This document shows positions 1 through 5,659 of a stretch of DNA of 27,870 bases, in pieces. How positions within the stretch are numbered: position 1 is the first letter of the stretch; every line of letters begins with the position of its first letter. The DNA comes from Candidatus Zixiibacteriota bacterium (GTDB lineage: Bacteria > Zixibacteria > MSB-5A5 > GN15 > JAAZOE01): NCBI GenBank assembly GCA_043819555.1, contig JBDREQ010000048.1, positions 1 to 27,870 on the forward strand, read 5' to 3'. The notes under the pieces are model-generated. The model did no database searches. It had not been told where the DNA came from and was given only the letters and a program-made list of their open reading frames with translations. A program made the translations under genes and the position numbers.

Positions 1-98
1 AGAGTTGATGCGATTTGCCTGATCGAGCAGCCCGAGGCTGATAATCTGGAAATCTCACACCGCTCTTCAAGGTTAAATTGTTTGTATCTATGTCCCAT
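1..98 (-). CDS. IS30-family transposase, N-terminal part (runs off the window start)
   Basis: Manual translation from ATG at 98: MGHRYKQFNLEERCEISRLSASGCSIRQIAST..., the typical IS30 N-terminal HTH (Y-x-[QH]-[LF]-x-x-EER-x-x-I...G-x-S-IRQIA). RBS GAGGTG just upstream. Not in the ORF track. Confidence 0.85.
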   Translation of the reverse strand, partial: MGHRYKQFNLEERCEISRLSASGCSIRQIAST

Positions 99-140
99 AA
101 CACCTCTACGAGGTGTTGCACTTCGTTTGTGAACTTAGGG
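1..140 (-). mobile_element. IS30-family insertion sequence, left end with terminal inverted repeat
   Basis: Minus strand reads CCTAAGTTCACAAACGAAGTGCAACACC just before the transposase start; ...GAAGTGCAACAC resembles IS30-family IR cores. Exact boundary uncertain by a few nt. Confidence 0.7.
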
Positions 141-174
141 CATAACACAGGCAAAGGCAGGATTTTGGTGGCGC

Positions 175-1770
175 TTATTTAATAAGAACCGATTTGATAA
201 CCGATACTTCCGCGCCGGATTGAGCCCTGATAAAATATATTCCGCTTGGGAAACTGCCCGCGTTCCATTCAAATTCAATCTCAGTATCGTGCATTATGCC
301 ATCATATAAGAGATCAACTTTTTCGCCCAGGAGATTATAAATAGATACATTTAGATGGGCACCGGTTTTATCTATCCTGACGGGAATAGTCTGGCTGGCA
401 TTAAACGGATTGGGCATTGCCGGGCCTAAAGACAGGGATACCGGTAAGACCGGATTGTCATTTTCAGTCGACGTGGGGCTCATTAAGGCATAGAGGTCAA
501 TCGTATTGCCATTTACAGCAACAAGGAAGGGGGTAGAGCTATCGTCCGGATATTCCCAGTTTAAGTTCCCCGATGGTATCGTTGGTAGTACTTCTATTTC
601 GTTATTGGTTGATGCCTCAAACTGCCTGAAATTACCATCGGCAAGAGCAAAATACGTATTCGGGTAATCTGGGTGGAAGGCATAATGCGAATAGACTGCC
701 GGCTCCAGGGTATCAGCCTCGATGTAATCGCCTGTAATCCAGCCGTAGTAATTTTCATTTCCGGAAATTGGAGTATATGTTTGATATGGTCCCATACAAG
801 TTGTCCACCATTGATAGTTTAAGAGCATTTCGTATTGACAAGATGAAGGATTAATGTTAGCGCATAATAATAGGTCATATTTATTTGTAAATGAACGGCT
901 CTCGGAGAATGCGCAACTGGAATATTTAGTACTATGGAGATGATAAAATTCGCTGTCAGCATAATTATAAAAAATAATACTATTTATTAACCACGATTGT
1001 GATCCGTCAGGAGAAGGACCTATGTCATAAGAATAGCCCGACTGATGCTTGGTCCCGATTATTGCGGGTGTACATCCGTTGCGTATAGTTATGGGAGAGG
1101 AGAAGAATTGTTGCTCCGAATAGGCCATAGTGTCATTTGGGAATTCATTATAGATAACGATATGTCCAAAAAATTCACTATTGGCATCCCACCCTCCATA
1201 GCTATATCCAAGTGCTCCTTTATATGAGAAAACCAAGTTGTCAGAACTATCATTATTTAAATCTGATACAGCCAATGCTTCAATTGTAAATTGTTTAATA
1301 TGATCACCGCCATATTGGCCGGGGCGTTCAAAATCATAATTGTTGTAATAAACGACTTCGGTCGGAGATTCATATCCTGTATTATATAATTCAATCACAG
1401 CCGCCGAATCGGATTTTCCCGAGACATCAAAACTCATAGCGACTATCATATCCAAGACATCGTCTTTGTTAATATCTCCCAAGGCAATTTTGTATTCTCG
1501 GGCATCGCGAAGAGTAACTTCATATAAGATTGAGTCTGTGGATTTTGAATAAAGTAAGAGCCGTTGTCCCGAACGGACCAAAATATATGATTCACCTGAA
1601 ACTTTTTCGTTGCCAAAAGTATATTCGGATATTTTGGTAATTCCCGGGATTTCACATGATTGGATTTGATAAAGATCCAGAGAAGAAGCTAATACGCCAG
1701 CACCAATAAAATTAATTGCTATCAGAGTGAAAAGTATTTTCTTAAGAATCATAAGCCTTGCCCTCGTCAT
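175..1770 (-). CDS. Secreted protein with FG-GAP-like motifs and C-terminal T9SS type A sorting (FlgD-Ig-like) domain
   Basis: Signal peptide (KKILFTLIAINFIGAGVLA; start may be the second Met, MILKK); motifs ALGDINKDDVLDMIV and VSDLNNDSSDNLV; C-terminus PNPFNASQTI...SIYNLLGEKV...WNAGSFPSGIYFIR...KSVLIK. Confidence 0.85.
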   Translation of the reverse strand: MTRARLMILKKILFTLIAINFIGAGVLASSLDLYQIQSCEIPGITKISEYTFGNEKVSGESYILVRSGQRLLLYSKSTDSILYEVTLRDAREYKIALGDINKDDVLDMIVAMSFDVSGKSDSAAVIELYNTGYESPTEVVYYNNYDFERPGQYGGDHIKQFTIEALAVSDLNNDSSDNLVFSYKGALGYSYGGWDANSEFFGHIVIYNEFPNDTMAYSEQQFFSSPITIRNGCTPAIIGTKHQSGYSYDIGPSPDGSQSWLINSIIFYNYADSEFYHLHSTKYSSCAFSESRSFTNKYDLLLCANINPSSCQYEMLLNYQWWTTCMGPYQTYTPISGNENYYGWITGDYIEADTLEPAVYSHYAFHPDYPNTYFALADGNFRQFEASTNNEIEVLPTIPSGNLNWEYPDDSSTPFLVAVNGNTIDLYALMSPTSTENDNPVLPVSLSLGPAMPNPFNASQTIPVRIDKTGAHLNVSIYNLLGEKVDLLYDGIMHDTEIEFEWNAGSFPSGIYFIRAQSGAEVSVIKSVLIK

Positions 1771-1828
1771 AATAATATAAGCTATATATCAATTTAATGT
1801 ATTAAAGTGTTTAGTCAATAGTTTTTTT

Positions 1829-2363
1829 CTGGATTCCCGACTCGTTCCGTCGTAACGGAACTCTCGGGAATGACAGGGGTGGGTCTGTTTTAACTGTCAC
1901 GTGGTGTGTCAAGTGTACAAAAAAATAACGACAACTCGAGAGTTGTCGCTACGTGGGCGCAGGCCTGGTTGGGTAAAAGTAATATTTTTGGCAGGAGCCC
2001 TTCGGGCTCCTTCCCTACAGAAAAATGCCGGGTTTCTCGCTTGCGCTCGGAACACCGATCTACAATAGATTGCCGCGTCGCTTCGCTCCTCGCAATGACG
2101 AGAGAACACACCCCGACCTTCGGGCACCCCATATTAGTTCAGGAAATATCGCCCACAAAACAATTTAGTCTTGGTGTCATTCCAGCAAGTTCCGCGGCAG
2201 CGAAACGCAAGCTGGAATCCATGCGGAGTTTGCATCATGATAAAATATTTGGAGTTCCTTCACGCGCTGGTATGACAGGGGAAAGATTTTATGCAATAAT
2301 AAAAAGCCCGCATGAAGCAAGGCTTTTTGAGTTTTGGCAGGAGCCGAAGGGATTTTGCCCTAC
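1829..2363. repeat. Cluster of REP-like palindromic repeats (GTAG-tagged and GTCATT/AATGAC-tagged)
   Basis: CTGGATTCCCGA...TCGGGAATGAC (1829-1874); CGACAACTC-GA-GAGTTGTCG-CTAC (1929-1952); TTGGCAGGAGCCC-TTC-GGGCTCCTTCCCTAC (1988-2018); AGATTGCCGCGTCGCTTCGCTCCTCGCAATGAC (2067-2099); GTCATTCCAGC...GCTGGAATCCA (2176-2221); degenerate TTGGCAGGAGCCGAAGGGATTTTGCCCTAC (2334-2363). Confidence 0.75.
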
Positions 2364-2473
2364 CGTTTGGGGCCAATATGTTGTGTTTGTTGTAAATATT
2401 GACGCTATATATAGTTATCAGAAATAAATAATTGAAAAAATAAAAAAAATAAGGAAAACCAACAAAAAATAAC

Positions 2474-2502
2474 TTGACTACTGCACAAATGTGCAGTATA
2501 TT
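2474..2502 (+). promoter_or_regulatory. Sigma70-type promoter with a 20-bp palindromic operator in the spacer
   Basis: TTGACT (2474-2479), 17 nt, TATATT (2497-2502). TACTGCACA-AA-TGTGCAGTA (2479-2498) is a perfect 9-bp inverted repeat with CTG-N10-CAG geometry. A-tract upstream. Confidence 0.75.
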
Positions 2503-2527
2503 TGATTTACGCCGATAATATCAACGA

Positions 2528-2692
2528 ACAGGAGATGAAATGCTTTATAAAATGAAAAATAAGGGAAACGTATCTTCGGTGGTAAAACCAAAATGGCAGA
2601 TGTCATTTTCTTCAAGAGTCATTTTACAGGAGATGTAATGCTTTATAAAATGAAAAATATGGAAGACATGTCTTCGGAGGTAAAGCTGAAAT
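2528..2692 (+). repeat. Direct repeat, 2 x 67 bp, period 98 bp
   Basis: 2528-2594 vs 2626-2692 match at 57/67 positions without gaps; each copy has AGGAG plus ATGCTTTATAAAATGAAAAAT. Confidence 0.9.
2540..2638 (+). CDS. Putative 32-aa small protein or leader peptide
   Basis: AGGAG RBS then MLYKMKNKGNVSSVVKPKWQMSFSSRVILQEM*; the stop overlaps the next start (TAATG). Confidence 0.4.
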   Translation: MLYKMKNKGNVSSVVKPKWQMSFSSRVILQEM

Positions 2693-2877
2693 CACGAGCT
2701 TTATTTATTGCATCAATGGCCGGGACGGCGCGGGGCAGTATGTTTGTCGGCGTATCCAGAGTTAATTCGGACAATAAAGCGAGTAATGCCAACAGTTGTC
2801 CCGATTGCGGCGGATATCTGGCTCGAATCGGGTACTGCTTTTCGTGTGTTGCCTGCGGGTGGGGAGAATGTTCCTGA
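2638..2877 (+). CDS. 79-aa small protein with C-terminal zinc ribbon
   Basis: RBS AGGAG at 2628-2632 supports ATG 2638 rather than 2593; C-terminus CPDCGGYLARIGYCFSCVACGWGECS (CxxC-x9-CxxCxxC-x4-C). Confidence 0.7.
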   Translation: MLYKMKNMEDMSSEVKLKSRALFIASMAGTARGSMFVGVSRVNSDNKASNANSCPDCGGYLARIGYCFSCVACGWGECS

Positions 2878-2888
2878 ATATGGAAAGG

Positions 2889-2915
2889 GGCAGACGGGGA
2901 CGTCTGCCGCCCACA
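2889..2915. repeat. REP-like palindrome
   Basis: GGCAGACG-GGGA-CGTCTGCC-GCCCACA; related copy at 27535-27564. Confidence 0.6.
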
Positions 2916-2937
2916 AAAAACATAAGGGGAAATGATT

Positions 2938-5562
2938 ATGCGTAAACGATTATTACCATACAGTATTCCGGAGCCGGTATTGAATCAGTGGGAGAAACGG
3001 TATCAGGGCAAGTTGCTGCCTCTCCAGTACAGGGCTATTGAAGATTATAAATTAATGGAGGGGGATTCGCTCCTTATCTCAGCGCCGACATCGGCGGGTA
3101 AGACGTTTTGTGGAGAAATGGCTCTCATCCGGGCCATTCAGCAACGGCAAAAAGCGATTTTTCTGGTGCCCCTCAAAGCTGTCGCCGAGGAAAAGTATCG
3201 GCAGTTTGCGGATTGTTATGGGGGCATCGGTTTGAAAGTTCTGATCGGGACTCACGATCATCCCGAGAATGATACCGATATCGAAAACGGGCGGTTCGAT
3301 ATCGCCGTTATGGTTTATGAAAAATTCAATTCTCTGCTTCTGACCAATCTTGATATTCTCGGACAAATCGGAACGGTCGTCATTGATGAACTGCAGATGC
3401 TTGAGGATGAATCTCGCGGAGCGCGGTTGGAATTGGCTCTGGCCAAATTATTGTACTGCGATTACAGCCCTCAGATTGTAGCCTTATCGGCGGTATTGGG
3501 CGAGGCGGATGATCTGGCCGAATGGCTGGGATGCCGGTTGCTTCTTGAGAAAAATCGTCCGGTAGAACTGCGCCGGGGGGTGGCGTCGGACGGCAAATTT
3601 TATTTTCGGTGCCACAATTCGGGAGATACCGGTGAAGAATCATGCCCTCGGGGCGAAAACACAATTGACACTCTATTCAAGAATATTGAAGAAGCGGCAA
3701 AATCGAATCAATCGGTGCTTGTGTTTCTCAAATCAAAAATTGATACCGCCAATGCCGCCCGGAAATTCGCCAAGTATGCCGGGCTTGAATCGGATGATAA
3801 AAAGCGCGAGTATTTTTTGTCCCAATTGGGCGATGAGGAAAATTCGTCGCTTCTTGATAATCTTATCAGCCTGCTTAGTTGCGGAATCGCTTTTCATAAT
3901 GCCGATTTGACTATCGGGCAGAGGATGGCTGTCGAAGAGGGATATCGCAAGGGGTATATAAAAGCAGTCTTTGCCACAACAACGCTATCGACGGGAATTA
4001 ACCTGCCGGCTTCAACAGTGTTTGTGGAAGCGCAGAAATACAACTTTCAGGGATATACCGGCAAACCGGGATTGGAACCTCTGAGTTGGGGCGAGTATGA
4101 AAGCATGTCGGGGCGGGCCGGACGGGTAGGTTTATTGGATAAGGACATCAAGGCCGGCCGGGCGGTATTGTTCGCCTCATGCGATCTGGAAAAGTCAATC
4201 CTTTGGGATTACTATATTGATAATCGAGCCAATCCATTAAGCTCGCGATTGGATACTCTGCCGGTGGAAGATATCATTCTTGATTTATTCGGTTCTCAAC
4301 TGGTAAAACGCCCGGAAGATATAAACCAATTATTATCGCGGACATTTTTTGCCGTCCGCAATGGACGTCAGCCAAAAATAAACGCCGCGCTTTATGCTCA
4401 ACTTATGGATGAAGGATTTCTAAATGACCGGGGCGAAGAGATAGCAATAACGGCTCTGGGAATGGCTGTAGTCGTGACCGGTTTGGGAATTGCCACCGCG
4501 CGGAAAATTATCAGGGATTGGGATCTGTCTTGGGCGAAGCCGGATGAGGAGATATTTTTTGATATTCTTGACAGCCCTGTCGCTCAAAATATGTATTTGC
4601 CCGGTATCGGTTTTGGGGGCGGGGCGCTTGTGCCTTCTCGGCATTTGCACGGCGCCAGCCCCCTGATCCGTCATTTCTCAAGCCGATTGGATAAACCAAC
4701 AGCCGATGAAATGCGCCGAGTACGGTTGGCCTTTCTGCTGATTGACTGGAAAAGCGGTCTTTCGGCCTTGGATATTGAAAACGACTACCACCTTCATCTG
4801 GGGATGATGGATAGTTTGGCCCGCCAGATGGCCTGGCTCCTGTCAAGCTCGGCGGCCGTCATTAAAACCATCGATAATTATTCAAAATTGCCGGGTTTGC
4901 TAAATGGGCTGGCGTTTTCTGCAGGAACCGGTCTTCCGATTGAGCTTAAGGAAATTCATGATGCCGTCGGAAATATCCTTCACAGGGGAGAAATATTAAA
5001 TCTCTATCGAAATGAGATATTCGATTTGAAGGAGATGTTAGATAAGGGGCCAGCTATAATCTCTCAAAATATATTCTCAGAAATCCGTCTTAATAAAATC
5101 GAGAGACAATTTCAAAAAATAAAGGAGAATAAAATGAATGCTAATGTCAACATTACCAGAATTGCAGATTCCTGGCCACAATCGATTGAGATTGACGGAA
5201 CGGCGGTTCGGGAACGGTTCCGCGTCCGGATCAACGGCCAGACGATTAATTTGACCGGAAAATCCTTTAAGTACCTGTGCCGGCTGGCATGGTCCCGGCT
5301 GACCCGCGATAACGGCTGGCTGTATAAGGAGGATTTGGAGCAGGGATTTAATCAGGCTCGGTATTTGTATCGTCTGCGCCAGGAAATTGGGCGTGATTTT
5401 CTGCCCGGCTGGCCTCTTTATGAAAACAATCGCTCCGGATATTATCGGCTGGCGGCTCCTCCCGATAGTATAAAGGTTAATGTCGATGCCCTGAATGACA
5501 ATCCGGATTTCGAAATCCGGAAAATGGGTGGGGATTTGAAGCCGCTTATGATGACGGGATGA
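2938..5562 (+). CDS. Ski2/Hel308-like SF2 helicase with extra C-terminal OmpR-like winged-helix domain
   Basis: Q motif LLPLQ, Walker A APTSAGKT, Ia VPLKAVAEEK, motif II DELQ, III LSA, FHNADL, V TTTLSTGINLPA, VI MSGRAGR. C-terminal ~142 aa ends in YLYRLRQEI...ENNRSGYYRL. RBS AAGGGGA spacing favours ATG 2938 over 2932. Confidence 0.9.
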   Translation: MRKRLLPYSIPEPVLNQWEKRYQGKLLPLQYRAIEDYKLMEGDSLLISAPTSAGKTFCGEMALIRAIQQRQKAIFLVPLKAVAEEKYRQFADCYGGIGLKVLIGTHDHPENDTDIENGRFDIAVMVYEKFNSLLLTNLDILGQIGTVVIDELQMLEDESRGARLELALAKLLYCDYSPQIVALSAVLGEADDLAEWLGCRLLLEKNRPVELRRGVASDGKFYFRCHNSGDTGEESCPRGENTIDTLFKNIEEAAKSNQSVLVFLKSKIDTANAARKFAKYAGLESDDKKREYFLSQLGDEENSSLLDNLISLLSCGIAFHNADLTIGQRMAVEEGYRKGYIKAVFATTTLSTGINLPASTVFVEAQKYNFQGYTGKPGLEPLSWGEYESMSGRAGRVGLLDKDIKAGRAVLFASCDLEKSILWDYYIDNRANPLSSRLDTLPVEDIILDLFGSQLVKRPEDINQLLSRTFFAVRNGRQPKINAALYAQLMDEGFLNDRGEEIAITALGMAVVVTGLGIATARKIIRDWDLSWAKPDEEIFFDILDSPVAQNMYLPGIGFGGGALVPSRHLHGASPLIRHFSSRLDKPTADEMRRVRLAFLLIDWKSGLSALDIENDYHLHLGMMDSLARQMAWLLSSSAAVIKTIDNYSKLPGLLNGLAFSAGTGLPIELKEIHDAVGNILHRGEILNLYRNEIFDLKEMLDKGPAIISQNIFSEIRLNKIERQFQKIKENKMNANVNITRIADSWPQSIEIDGTAVRERFRVRINGQTINLTGKSFKYLCRLAWSRLTRDNGWLYKEDLEQGFNQARYLYRLRQEIGRDFLPGWPLYENNRSGYYRLAAPPDSIKVNVDALNDNPDFEIRKMGGDLKPLMMTG

Positions 5563-5590
5563 GAATTCTGTAGTCTTCTTTCCTCAAAGG

Positions 5591-5625
5591 TTGACAATTA
5601 CTTAAATGAAAGGTAAACTTTCATT
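5591..5625 (+). promoter_or_regulatory. Sigma70-type promoter of lon with overlapping inverted repeat
   Basis: TTGACA (5591-5596), 17 nt, TAAACT (5614-5619); AATGAAAG-N5-CTTTCATT at 5605-5625. Confidence 0.6.
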
Positions 5626-5659
5626 GAGAAAATATTGTATAAGCCGATAAAGAGGAAAG

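Noticed and set aside
1890..2427. ORFs 1890-2132, 1906-2427 and 1909-2127
   Set aside because: They translate REP-like palindromes (VIARSEATRQS, VIPA...LES, AGMT), have no clear RBS and no recognisable domain.
1829..2692. Possible CRISPR array
   Set aside because: Units are heterogeneous and irregularly spaced; the 67-bp repeat has only two copies and contains RBS and ATG; no cas genes in the window.
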